Origin: Eledone cirrhosa
Taxonomy: Eukaryota
Direction: 5' to 3'
DNA: 64,000 nucleotides
NCBI GenBank assembly: GCA_964016885.1
Contig: OZ024740.1
Location: 147,250,001 to 147,314,000, forward strand
The notes under the pieces are model-generated. The model was not told the origin of the DNA. It was given only the letters and a program-made list of their open reading frames with translations, and made no database searches. The stretch's first letter is position 1. Each line of letters opens with the position of its first letter. The translations under genes and the position numbers were made by a program. This document shows, in pieces, positions 50,743-63,380 of this stretch.

Positions 50743-52625
50743 CATCATCATCATCATCATCACCGTTTTACGTCCGTTCTTCCACGCTAGCATGGGTTAG
50801 ACGGGTTGTCCTGTTGTGGGCAGTGTCTGGTCGGCTGACCATGCCTTGCTCATACAGGAACTGATTTGGCTTGATTTCAACAGCTGGATGCCCTTCCTAA
50901 CACCAACCTCATTTACAGTGAGTGCTGGGTGCTTTTTTGTGGCGCCTACACGTCCACTTTACAGTGTGGGCTGGGTGCTTTTTTGCCGTGGCACCTCCAC
51001 GACCACCTTGCAGTGGGGGTGTGGGGGCATATTGTCTATATGCTTCAGCATGTACCCATGGGAGGTCGGGTACTCTGTATTACTGCGTGACGCCAGAGGT
51101 CACGGCCGTGTGTCATCGCCTTTGAGAGGTGTAATTGGGTAAGGTCGGCTTTTATCACCTCATCCCAGGTCATCTTGGGTCTCCCCACTCCACGGTTTCC
51201 ATCGACTTCTAGTGCTCTGCACCTTTTTATGCAGCTGTCATCCTTCATACGCATCACATGTCCATACCAACGCAAGCGCCTCTCCTGCACACAGCATTTG
51301 ATTCCTCTTATGCTCAGTCTCTCTCTCAATTCATTTATGCTTTGTCGTTCGCGTATATTACTATTACACATCCATCGGAGCATGCAGGCTTCGTTTCTCT
51401 CTAATCTACGTAAGTCTTCCAGCTTCAGCGCCCAAGTCTTACTACCATGCAACATCGCTGTTCGGATACACGCATCATACAGTCTGCCTTTCATTTTGAG
51501 GGAGAAGCCTTTTGCAGCTAGCAGTGGTAGTAGTTCCCTAAACTTCTTCCATCCCGTTCTTACCCTAGTTATTGTACTTTCTGAACACCCACCTCCGCTG
51601 CTAATTCGGTCACCTAGGTAGCAGAAGTTGTCTACTGTTTCTACAGAGCCCTCCCAGAGATTGGTGGTACTTGTTTCCTGTGGCTGTTTGCTGCTTGCTG
51701 TCCCAGCACAGCTGCTGCATGTGAAGCTTACATTCTTAATTAAGCTTCCTGAGATCCCGCTACATCTCTTGTGTACCCATTGTTTGCATTTGGGGCAGAG
51801 AATGGAGTTCCTATACACCTTTCCTACATACTGAGCAAGGCCATTTCCCTGAGAGGATCTGGGTTCTGTTTTCTCGTCTACTTACAAGGACCTTAGTCTT
51901 TGTCATGTTGACTTTGAGACCCTTTCTTTCTAATCCCTGCTTCCAAGTTTAGAATTTCTTCTCTAGTTCTACCATAGATTCAGCTATGAGTGCGAGGTCA
52001 TCTGCATACAGGAGTTCCCATGGGCATCCGGTCTTAAACTCCTCCATTATTGCCTGCAGGACTATGATGAACAGGAGAGGGCTAAGAACAGAGCCCTGGT
52101 GGACCCCAACCTGTATGCTAAATTCCTCGCTATACTCATTGCTAATCCTAACTTTGCTGACTGCTCCCCTATACATGGCTTGTACCGCTTTCACAAGCCA
52201 TTCATCTACTCCTAGTTTTCTAAGAGCCCACCAGATTACAGCACGTGGAACTCTGTCAAAGGCTTTCTCAAGGTCGACAAATGCCAGGTAGAGTGGCTTA
52301 CTTTTAGCTAGGTACTTTTCCTGAAACTGCCTGACAAGGAAGAGGGCATCAGTGGTGCCTCTTCCTGGTACAAACCCAAATTGCATCTCGTCTAGTTTCA
52401 CCCGGTCCCTAATCAACTGTGCTATAACTCTTTCTGTTACTTTCATGACCTGGTCCATCAGGTTTATACCTCTATAGTTTCCTCTATCTAGTGCATCACC
52501 CTTACCTTTGTAGCAGTTGACAATGATGCTACTGCACCAATCTTTTGGTATGACACCTAGTATTACCTGATTAACAATACGTGTGGTTATAGTGTGACCT
52601 ACAGACCCAGATACCTTCAGCATCT
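50743..52625 (-). mobile_element. Young RTE-BovB-like LINE, 5'-truncated (RT plus PHD-like Cys region), intronic antisense
   Basis: ORFs 51949..52623 (QFGFVPGRGTTDA, FVDLEKAFDRVP, GVHQGSVLSPLLF, YADD) and 51045..51818; (GAT)n tail. Confidence 0.93.
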
Positions 52626-52867
52626 AATCATAATTCATGTAATAAAGAGCTTTCAATATGAACACATCCATTGGACTGGTTTGAGAGCAGATTTATAGTG
52701 TTGGGCCAGGAGTGGTCCCTCATATGTTAGGTTTGGAAGGTTTAAAATTCCAGTTTTTTTGTCCTCTCTTTTTTCCATTTATTTTGGATTTTCTCTTGTA
52801 CTTTGGCATGATACCTCAGATTTAGTTTTCCAGTAATATTTAATGTCATATTCCTCTCTATTTGTAG

Positions 52868-52956
52868 ATGCTTCCATAGAAGACAAAGATCTTGAAACAA
52901 TAGTGAAAAGTGAGAGAGCTCATTACACACAAGATATTCAGCAACTTGATGATGAG
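52868..52956 (+). CDS. MTRF1L: MTRF1L coding exon 2 (not in the ORF track)
   Basis: TTTGTAG|AT...GAG|GTAATA; encodes DASIEDKDLETIVKSERAHYTQDIQQLDDE. Phases 1 and 0 join the neighbouring exons in frame. Confidence 0.75.
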
Positions 52957-53367
52957 GTAATAGCAACAAAATAGGTTTCATTGATTTGCAAGATCTATTG
53001 ATTTGTATCCCAAAATCCAAGAATCATAGTCTAATGATTTGATCCATACTGCCTATAATTTTAAAAATAATCAAGAATTTGGAGTGATTTAATAAAATTC
53101 CAAACCTTCTCATTGTTTATCTAGTGTTTGGAACATAACTGAACAACGATTCTTACATAAAATTATGATGGAAGGTTTTAGATAAACATAAACACTTTAA
53201 AACAAACAGTTTTGTATTGTAGCATCAGGGGTGATTTCAATCAGTTTGGTATCAAAAGGCTTAAGGGATTATCATACCATCACCTCGCAATTTGTAACAA
53301 AGAGTTATTAAATGTCTTTGTTGTTATTGTCTACATGTTATTATCGGACTATCTTTATTTCTCACAG

Positions 53368-53551
53368 ATAAAAAGCTTGTTAAGCATCAGTTCTGAGGGT
53401 TCAATTTCTGACATAGTTTTGGAAATCCTACCTGGTGTTGGTGGTCAGGAATCACAGCTGTTTGCCAATGAGATAATTGATCTCTACTACAGCTATGCGC
53501 ATTATAAAGGATGGGACTTCTCACTGGTTAATGACAATCAGAGTGGTATTG
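53368..53551 (+). CDS. MTRF1L: MTRF1L coding exon 3 (PCRF domain start)
   Basis: CACAG|ATA...G|GTAAG; encodes IVLEILPGVGGQESQLFANEIIDLYYSYA. Confidence 0.9.
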
Positions 53552-54164
53552 GTAAGTTCTTTTCTAGTGTCCCTCACCAAATTTCCTACTATTCTTTTTT
53601 GTTATGGAGATCATCATCATAACTATCTTCATTGGTTTTACAACCTCTTTTCTATGCTGGCATGGGTTGAATGAAACTTTTTGAGGTAGTATTCTATGGG
53701 TAGATGCCTTTTTGTTGCCAACTTTTCTTTTTAAGTGTAATACTTTATTCTACTAATCTTGTTTGTCAACATACTAAGCTAGCTATGGAACATAAACAAA
53801 TGGCATTGGTTTCCTAAGTGGTGTTAGCTTGAAGACACATGTGCATGTATACACACAGACGATATACTTCAGCATACATTCTAACTACCAGTTTTACTCA
53901 CAAGGCATTGGTAATCCTGAGATTATAGTAGAAATCACTTGGAAAAAGTGCCATGCTGTGGAATTCAACTCAAAACCACATGGTTACAAAGCAAACTTCT
54001 TAACATCACATCCATGCTTGCATCTACCATATTTTAAAACATTTAAATTTTAAAGGTAAATTATTGCAGTAATTTAAATTTTCTAGACTGTTAACTTCTA
54101 ATTTTGTGTTATTTATGTTTAACATTACATTTTCAATTAGTCCTATCTCTGGTTATCTTCATGA

Positions 54165-54402
54165 TTAACCTTTTTGACACTAAACCACTTGAAAACCATC
54201 CCAGGTTCTATGATACTAATCTGTTTAGTTTAAAGAGTTTAAATTTATCTAAAAACCTACCAGCATAATTTTATATAATAAAAGTTTGTTAAATTCCAAA
54301 CACCAGCTTAAAATGAAAAAGTAAATTATACTAATTCCTTCCAAATTCTTCTTTATCAAAATTATTTAAAAATCATTAGAAATATGATAGTGAAAGGGTC
54401 AA
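54165..54402. mobile_element. piggyBac-like MITE
   Basis: TTAA-CCTTT...AAAGGG-TCAA ends; related copies lie at 19522-20455, about 61675-61934 and 63870. Confidence 0.5.
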
Positions 54403-55792
54403 GTACATAGTTTTGCAAAGTTTAAATGTTTTATTTTAAGTTTTAAATCTTTGAAAATGGAATGTAAAATTTTACCTGGGAATGTTGATGGCTTTAACCA
54501 CCTTACTCTAAATGCCAGTGCAATGATTAGATGGACCTACTGAATTCTGCAAATCTCTCACGTGGTTGTTGTTTAGTTTCATGTCAAGCTTGATTCAGCA
54601 GACCTATGATTAAAGGCATTCCAGCTTTAACCCTCCTGTTTTTCTTTTTTTAGATGTGGTGTATTCAGGATCACATAATCCAATGTGTCATTTTATTTTT
54701 TAAGATTAAAATAGTCGGGTGTAATTTGAGAGAGATATGACTGCAATTTTTAGCAGGTCAAGGAACTATGTAGAAGCTTCCTCATAGGCTGGCTGAAAAC
54801 CATTTCCAGTGCAAAGGGACTACCTTGGTTTATTTGATATTGAAAACCTTATCAAATATAGGTTACTTTGGTTTGGAATATTCACACTGCAGTGGGTCTT
54901 CGAGAAATCATGGGAGTATTGCCAAGAGGTATATTCTTGTTTTGTCGACCTTGAAAAGCATATGATTGCTTTCCTCAGGAAGCACTGTCTACAGAGAGCA
55001 ACATATAGAAAAACTGTGCAGAATTTCAGTATAAAGATGAAATTTAACACAAATCTCATCGTCATTGTCATGGTTTGTTTGGATTCCTGGTAGAACATTG
55101 GCTCTCCACAGCAGTCTTTTTCATTCTTCTAACATTTATGTTAGTCATAATTGTCTTTGTGCAACCTAAGTTCAACATATCACAATTGACATTGTGTATC
55201 CTTAGTCCAACACATCACAATATTGTGTACCCTCTGTTTCTTTAAACATCATCAAGAATATCTGCTATTTCTAACTGATCAAATGACCACATAGAGGCTC
55301 CATCATATGCTATTGTACTGTGTAGTGTGGTATTACCATGGTTGTTAATAACTTCAATGAGTCAGTTCAAATTCTTTTGATTGGTACCCAGTTCACTAAC
55401 ACTGTTAATCTAATGTCCTTGGGAGAGGCTTGAAGGTCACATATTCAGAGTTTCACTTCTTCTTTCAGCTCTAAATGAGAATAGAGTTGTAAACAGGCAG
55501 AATTGTTAAACACTCTGTTATTTATTCTGGTTCTTGTACTCTGGGTTCAAATCCTGTTGATGTCACCATTGGCTTTCATCTTTTATGGATTGATAAATAA
55601 AGTATCAGTCTAGGGTGGTGGAATTGTTAAAGTGTTAGAGGGGATACTTTATGGTATTTGTTCCAGTCCTGTGCATTCTGAGTTCAAATTCTGCCTCTTG
55701 TCTGATAGTATCAGTAATAGAAACATAGTTTCTTTGTATGATCTGAGAATTGGCTCTATTTTGTTTTTAAACTTACATTTGTTTCACTGTAG

Positions 55793-55956
55793 GTGGAGTA
55801 CGTAAAGCCATTGCAATGATATCTGGAGATGGAGCTTACAAATACATGAAGTTTGAAGGTGGCGTCCATCGAGTCCAGCGAATTCCAAAAACGGAGAAAG
55901 GGGGACGTGTGCATACAAGCACAGTGACAGTAGCTGTATTACCTCAACCGAAAGAT
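55793..55956 (+). CDS. MTRF1L: MTRF1L coding exon 4 (PxT stop-codon recognition motif)
   Basis: TGTAG|GT...GAT|GTAAG; encodes [35 protein letters not shown]. Confidence 0.95.
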
Positions 55957-56153
55957 GTAAGAAAACAGATATCACTGTTATGTGTCCTACATCATCATCA
56001 TTATCACCATCATTGTCGTAATCAAATTTATATCTGATTTTCCATGGTTGTATGTGTTAAAGAAAACTTTTTTTCTTGTATAATTCTACAGTCTAATGAT
56101 GACACCAATAATTATTTCTTTCTTTTAAGTATTGAACTCCTAGGCTGAGGTAC

Positions 56154-56197
<44 letters not shown>

Positions 56198-56200
<3 letters not shown>

Positions 56201-56842
56201 CCTGAGAGAGAAACTAGGCATAAGAGGGATCACATACAGTGTTCAGGAGAGGATATGTGATGCATATGAAGGATGACAGCTGTATAAAAAGGTGCAGGGG
56301 GCTCAAAGTTGATGGAAGCTATGGAGTAGGAAGACCTAGGAAAAGTTGGGATGAGGTGATAAAAATGGACCTTGCATAATTACACCTTTCAAAGGCGATG
56401 ACACAAGATCAAGATCTCTGGCGTTCTGCAGCAATTCATGTGCACAGACTAAAGTATACAGCTAGTACATTCTACTTTCCTTTACCGCCCCCTACATACT
56501 AACCAAATAAGTGCCCCACCCTAGATTAACCTCTTCAATCCCAATGCAACTCTCCCACCCCAGCCCCCTGTCCACACTGTAAAGTGGTCCTGTTGGTATC
56601 ACGACAAAAAGCATTGAATCCACACTGTAAAGTGGTCGTGCAGATGTCACTATAAAAAGCACCCAGCCCACTCTGTAAATGTGGTTGGGATTAGGAAGGG
56701 CATCCAGCTATAGAAACCAACCCTAAATCAGTCTAGTGTGAGCAAGACATGGTTATCTGATCTGGCTACTCTCACAATAAGACAACTCATCTAACCCATG
56801 CTAGCATGGAAAAATGGATGTTTAATGGTATGATTATGATGA
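56198..56842 (+). mobile_element. RTE-BovB-like LINE 3' fragment (intronic, sense)
   Basis: LREKLGIRGI...MKDDSCIKRC and the RTE 3' UTR. Confidence 0.8.
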
Positions 56843-56879
56843 TATATATATATATATAGAGATATATATTTTTTTAGAT

Positions 56880-57088
56880 CGACTTTCGTCAAATCGGACC
56901 GAGGAAACAATGTTTCCGTTGGGCTTTCCAGTTGCTAATACTATCTATCGGTCGCAACTCCAGGTAGAAGGAGCAACGTGAAATAAAGTGTCTTGCTCAA
57001 GGACATAACGCATCACCCTGTCCAGGAATCGAACTCACAACCTTACAATTGCGAATTCAATTTTCTAACCACTCAGCCACACGCCTTC
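56880..57088 (-). mobile_element. tRNA-head SINE with CCTTGAGCAAGACACTT domain
   Basis: Minus strand GAAGGCGTGTGGCTGAGTGGTTAG...GTGAGTTCGATTCC. Confidence 0.65.
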
Positions 57089-57127
57089 ACATATATATAT
57101 ATAGGAAGGTATAAACCTGACTGTGAC

Positions 57128-57170
57128 CGCCTAGCAGTTTCAGCTTATATGTAGCAAGCCTTTTCAAGGG
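57128..57170 (-). ncRNA. Degenerate U3-A8 hammerhead motif
   Basis: Minus strand CCC-TTGAAAA-GGCTT GCTACATAT AAGCT-GAAA-CTGC-TA-GGC. Confidence 0.45.
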
Positions 57171-57258
57171 TATACACCTTCCTTTATACTCACACTGCTC
57201 CTTGATTTATGGTCTCCCACGATCTTGGCACTGCAGACTTTCAATATATATATAAATA

Positions 57259-57359
57259 CAGGGTGTCCCAATAAAATGTATATACACTTCAACAGCATTC
57301 TAATAAATATTACCTGTACAGGTAATCAAAGTGTGTATACATCTTTGTGGGACACCCTA
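57259..57359. mobile_element. Tc1/mariner-type MITE
   Basis: TA-CAGGGTGTCCCA...TGGGACACCCTA-TA; arms of about 30 bp. Confidence 0.75.
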
Positions 57360-57375
57360 TATATATATATATATA

Positions 57376-59228
57376 TCTATATATCTATATTACTAAAACA
57401 GAGAATGTCTGTTTGTCTGTCTGTCTGTACAATCACTAAAACGCGAGAACCGCCCAACCGATTGTTTTCAAACTTTACACATGTAATACTTATGGTCCTA
57501 TTGAGTGTTCTGAGCAAAAACAACTTAAAATTTTCAATGCCCTAGGGACTGCATTAGGTGATTTAGCGATCTCTTTCTCTTTCTCTTTTTAGATAGATTC
57601 ATAGATATAACGTCGCGCCTTTATAATATCTATCGGTATGCCTGGCTGTCTGCATTACATCATTATGACACAATCAGTGTGCGTGTGTATATATGTATAT
57701 ATAGTGTGTGTGTATATATATATATTCTTATGCCAGGGAACGTCCTCACGAACCAAAGTATCATCTTCCTGTTTTCCTTCGGTTGCAACGTTTTTCGAAA
57801 TATTTACATCTGCGTTCACAGATTGATTTTTTTTAGTTTCAGAAGATCCTGTTAAGGTTGAAAGCAGCGATTCTTTGCTTAAACTTTAATATGTTATTTT
57901 AATATAGATATTCGTGTACAGATATTTTTGCATACACAAAAACTAAATATAAACAAACAAGGCCAACGATTACATCAGTTTTAGTGTACTTCATACTGCT
58001 TTTAGGTAGAAGATCCCGTTAAGGGTGAAAGCAGCGATTCTTTGCTTAAACTTTAATCTGTTATTTTAATATATATGTATATATAGTATATTTGGCAATA
58101 CACTGTATGCTTAATTAAAAGAATTTTGAAGACCTTAACCTATTGTTTTAAAGTAGTGACTATGTCACTTCTTTTTTCAACAAACAAAGGGAGATAAGCT
58201 CTGTTTCATACTGTTGGTATTCATCATAGCTTAGCACTTGCCTTTGTCTGTTGAAAATTATAAATGTTGGATTCTTATAGAATTCCAGTAATAATCAGGA
58301 ACTGGTTATACAGAGCGGTTGCCGGTCCAGCAAAAATTGAAAATTAGAATTGGTGCTCTGAAATAGCGATGTGTATATGAATACCAACAGTATGAAACAG
58401 AGATCTGTCAGCTTATCTCCCTTTGTTTGTTGAAAAAAGAAGTAAGTGACATAGTCATTACTTTAAAATAATAGCGTAAGGTCTTCAAAATGCTTTTAAT
58501 TAAGCATACAGTGTATTGCCAAATCTTGATAAATTCCAACCTCACACATCTACACCTCTCCAAGACAATGTCACTGGACCGAGATCTTTGGCGCTACACA
58601 GTAATACAGAAGACCTGCCTTGCCTAAGTACAAAGCGAAACCTACAGTCAGTAGGCACCTCTTAACAAAAATACACCCCCGTCCCATTACCCCCCACCCC
58701 ATCCACACCACCCCTTTCGATGTACAGTTATGTTGGTACCACAACATCCAGTCCGAAATAAATGAGGTCGTGTAGGTGTCACGACAAAAAAAACACAGTC
58801 CACGCTGTAATGTGGCCGTGTAGGTAACACGGTAAAAACCTCCCAGTCCACACTGTAAACGTGTTTGGTGTTAGGAAGGGCATCCAGCCGTAGAAAACCC
58901 GCCAGACAGTCCTATACGAGCAAGACAACCAATCTTGCCTCAAGTGGGAAAATTCCCGTCCAAACCCATGCGTGGAAGATAGACGTTAAACGATGATGAT
59001 GATGATGACATTCATATATACATCGCTATTTCAGAGCACCAATTCTAATTTTCATATATATATATATATATATATATAATTATATATTCGTGTACAGATA
59101 TTTTTGCATACACAATAACAAAATATAAACAAACGTATTTATTTCACGAGGCTCGATAAGGATAAATATATATCAAATATATAAGAACCCTAGAACAAAT
59201 CCCGAGCAACGCCGGGCCATTCTGCTAG
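57376..59228 (+). mobile_element. Non-autonomous Helitron with internal duplication and nested fold-back/RTE insertion (about 58080-59075)
   Basis: 5' TCTATATATCT, 3' hairpin CCCGAGCAACGCCGGG and CTAG (59225-59228) followed by T. Reverse complement of family member 31929-32516. Confidence 0.85.
58090..59054. mobile_element. (TA)n-embedded fold-back with hammerhead relics and an RTE 3' UTR (58525-59008)
   Basis: Arms at 58090-58224 / 58378-58524 and 58339-58382 / 59010-59054. The arms contain (x)TGATGA-ATAC CAACA GTAT-GAAA-CAG AGAT CTG-TC-AGCT pieces. Confidence 0.7.
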
Positions 59229-59330
59229 TATATATATATAATGCTTTTTATTAGATTGCAGTTAATGCTGATGTAAATCATGTACACATTAAACTGATCT
59301 CTTTCTCTCTTCTGGTTTTATATATATATG

Positions 59331-59386
<56 letters not shown>

Positions 59387-59674
59387 TACACGTAGTCACT
59401 TTTAATTTTTAGTGGTCAGTTGATGTTCAATTTTCTTCTTTTTTTTTTCATGTTACAAATGTGATGGATCTTTCATCAGTTTCAATAAAAATAATTGAAC
59501 TACGTGTATTTATTTACTTATTTTAGAAAGTGACTCAGAAGGTTGGCTGTAAAACAACTGCCTCACAAAACTCACCCACTTCATAGTATGGAAAAGTGAA
59601 CATAAAACAATGATGATTATGTATTGTGTCTCTGTATATATCATCAGTTATTTGTATTATTTGTTTGTTTTCAG

Positions 59675-59792
59675 ATTGATATTGTTCTGAATAGTAAGGA
59701 TCTACAGATAATGACATGTCGAGCTAGTGGTAGTGGAGGACAGCATGTAAACACAACAGACAGTGCTGTACGCATTATCCATCTCCCAACTG
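59675..59792 (+). CDS. MTRF1L: MTRF1L coding exon 5 (GGQ motif)
   Basis: TTTCAG|ATT...G|GTAAAT; encodes [31 protein letters not shown]. Confidence 0.95.
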
Positions 59793-60029
59793 GTAAATAT
59801 CAACACTAACCTTCCCATTGTTACTATATCTTGATAATAAGCCCTTGGCTCTAAGTAAAAGACCAATTTTTGTATGAGAGGATTTAAAAAAAATATATTT
59901 TACATCTATTTTTCTATTTTGTTATCAGTTAGTCAAGGGAACATGCAGTACCTATAACTATTTTTAAAGCTTCTGAGACTGAACAGGAGTCAGAAAGGGA
60001 TCCTAAAACCAAAGACCTCATCTGAATGC

Positions 60030-60640
60030 TTACAATAAAGTGAACTTCATTAAAGTCACCCAAGGGTCAGAGAGTAATGTTAAATCTGTTGACAGGTTAA
60101 ATCTACTACCCATGTAGACCATGCCAAGATTTGACTCAGAACATAAGGGGCAATAATAAATATCACAAGGCATTCTCTAAAGATATACAGGTTAGGAGGG
60201 AGTTCCATAGAACTCATGCTCTTGGGAAGAAGGATTAGGGAGAGCCATTCATGTGAAGCGTAGATTGTAGAGATGCAGTATGGGTAACAAGAGAAGGATA
60301 GCCAAGTGTGTCTGGTAGAATTAGGTGGCAGTTGCATGTAACCAGCTAGTGTTGAGAAGCAGATGCCATTGCAGTAGCAGTAGAAAAGGGAAATTGAAGA
60401 AGCAGGATACCTGTGATCTAGAGGCTGATGTGTATTGGTAAGTGACTTCATGCCAATCAGTCAGATGGCTTTCTTTTGAATGCATTCTTGGGTGTCTAGC
60501 AGTAACTATCAGATGTGAGAGTAGTATTCCATTGTGGGTTTCACTTGATAATTTTACAGAGTCAACAATAGGAGCTGAACTGTTTTCTAGCTGTAAAGTG
60601 GAAGACTATTTCTTGTTATGTTGGGAATGTAGAATGTAAG
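60030..60640 (-). mobile_element. Old CR1/L2-group LINE 3' relic
   Basis: Minus frame QPLDHR..ASISLFYCYCNG.C resembles the post-RT region of CR1/L2-group elements. Confidence 0.4.
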
Positions 60641-61958
60641 TAGAGTTCTGGATGTAGATTCTATATTTGAAGTAAATGTAAACTACACAGCAGTGATGCA
60701 CAACATGGTTTTAGACCAAGGTGTCTATACCAAAGTTTTGGTTGGCCACACACAGTCTATCAAGACCAAGAAAGTAACTAATTTTGGACATAAGACAATC
60801 TAAATCAATTAAAAGTAAATTTATGTGTAGCCTATTATACAATGCATGATTGATTTGATAATTATGTTGCATAATGCAATCATAAGAAAATTTATTATTG
60901 GTGATCCATGAAGTTTTCCTTGTGAACTTTGTGAACCATAGTTTTACAGTGTAGTGCCAAGCTTTTTTTGAAAAAGATTTGCTGCTAAACTGCTAAGAGA
61001 AAATCATTCAGATCAAACTGGTTAATTTCTTATTGTTAATATGATGGAATTTGTAAATTATTCAAGAATAAACTGATTCATCAATGGACTATGCAAAACA
61101 TAAATTAGTCATGCTATTATAAAAGAAAGAACTCACTTAGCTTTTTTAGAACACCATCAAACCATAGAGCCTGCTTCAATACCATTGGCCGTGATAGCTT
61201 TCATCTCAATAGTATGAAACACTGCACTTATCTCAGCTCTTAGAGGCCATCAAAAGAACAGCAATGACACTCACTATACAGAGTTCCACCTTAACAACAT
61301 TCATGGCTCTCACTTTTTCCTTTTACATGCAGACAGGGCTGGATTTAGACTTTAGTGGGCTGGGGCAATTCAGGTTTGGTGGGCCTCTCATATAAGAACA
61401 ACAAGCACTTTAAGATTAAAGGTTGTTAACCTTTCAGGTCCCACTCTTTCACTCTTTCTCACCCAACCATCTCATTCCATTTTTCTTCACAACAACCATC
61501 ACTGGCTCCATTATCATCATCCTCTGCAATTTCATGTGTTATCCACTCTCTAAGCAATACTCCACTTATCATTCTCATATTTTCTATTTCCAACCTTCTC
61601 TGTTGCTCCACATTAAAGGTGATGAACATTTATCAGAGACAACAATAAAATCAATTATTGATCTCTGTCTCTGATACCCTTTTTACCATGTATGGATGTC
61701 TTTGTGCTGGAAGAAGGTGTTCATAATAAAGAGCCCATCACTAGAACAGAAGTCTAATAAAGCCTCTCCATTCGTATTTAGATTGGCTGTAACCAGCTGC
61801 TCCAACCTATGTTAAGGTATTGTTCTCAAATTAAATAATACCAACATTTTATAGATTCAGTACTATGTGAGATAAAGTGTTTACTGTGAAAATACAATAG
61901 TAAATATAAAGTAATGTAAATGCTAAAGGGTTAATCTATTTTAACATCTGATCTACAG

Positions 61959-62034
61959 GAATGACAGCAGAATGCCAACAAGAACGATCACAATTGAAGA
62001 ATAAGGAAATTGCAATGAAATTATTACAGACAAG
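61959..62034 (+). CDS. MTRF1L: MTRF1L coding exon 6 (gene continues beyond the window)
   Basis: CTACAG|GA...AG|GTTAGC; encodes GMTAECQQERSQLKNKEIAMKLLQTR, matching the RF1 ECQxERSQxxNK motif. Confidence 0.9.
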
Positions 62035-62984
62035 GTTAGCAATGTTATCTCTTCAATTGTTTTGTTTTATTGTTCCCTAACTTTTGAGTTTGACAGCAAA
62101 GAAAGTATTCCTCATTTATTGAATTCCTTATATTCTCCACTGTCTTTATTTTTGTCTTTTGGGAAAAAAATATATCACTGCTTTTGTTGAGTTATCCTCT
62201 AGAAAACGTCCAAAACAGTTCAGCATATCTGAATTTTATACTGAAATCCTTAATATAAAAAATGTTTATTATACTTATATAGCATACATCTGTATGCATA
62301 TGATTTAGAATAGGTATATCATATCCCTGCATGTCATGAAGGGCAATTAAAATGTTGGCACCAAGAAGAGCCACTGGTTGTAAAACATTACCTCAAAAAG
62401 GACCCCAGAATGAATATGAAGCCTGTCATGGAGCCCACAAGACTAACTTTTACATCAGCAGGGCCTTAAAATGCCAGTTGTGCTCTTGTGTACTTATATA
62501 GCTTTTGGAGTTTGTCTCAAAAAGAAAAGAAAAAGCGTTTGAATATCTCTAATTAACCCTTTATCATAAGTTTCTTGCTCTTCTTTCTCTCTAATATTCA
62601 TCACAGTATTTGCAAATTCAGCGATTCTCTTCTTAAACACACATGTACTGTGTTTTACCAATACCTGTTCTGTGGTAAAAGGGAAGTTGGTCAAGTGATA
62701 AGATACTAAATTATTTGGTCATAGGGAAGCATTTCAAATCTGCTGTTTGTGTTTCATTATTCTTTCTGGAGAAGAATACTTCAGTTTACGTTGCCTCAGT
62801 TCACCTAGCTGTTACTAGGTACAACCAGTTCATCTGAAAATATTGCCTCCCTATCTAGCAGAACATTAATCTCTCATTTAATGATATCTAATTGTAGCTT
62901 AATGGTATGGCACATACCAAGTGATAAGATGTGAATTTCTATAAAAGATTTAGCATTATTATAATTATTTAGGTGGCAGCAGGG

Positions 62985-63380
62985 CGGTGGATTGGCAGTA
63001 TCGGTAGAGAGTCAGATGCCATGCTTTCCAGCATAGTTACGTCCCTTTACGGTCTGAGTTCAAATCTCGTCGAGGTTAACTTTGCCTTTCATCCTTACCG
63101 GGTCGATAAAATAAAGTACCAGTAATGAACTGGGTAATTGCTGGCCTTGTGCCAAAAGTAGAAACAATTATAATTATTTAGGGTGGTGGATTGGCAGTAT
63201 CAGTAGAAAGTCGGACACCATGCTTTGCAGCATAGAGTTACAGCCCTTTACGCCCTGAGTTCAAATCCCGCTGAGGTTAACTTTGCCTTTCATCCTTACG
63301 GGGTCGATAAAATAAAGCAGTAGTATTGCACTAGGATAATTGCTGGCCATGTGCCAAAAGTAGAAACAATTATAATTATT
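62985..63380 (+). mobile_element. Head-to-tail dimer of tRNA-derived SINEs
   Basis: Two full copies, about 62985-63178 and 63184-63380. Confidence 0.85.

Noticed and set aside
51045-52623. Long ORFs as a possible host gene
   Set aside because: RTE reverse transcriptase, 5'-truncated with an internal stop and multiple paralogues in the window.
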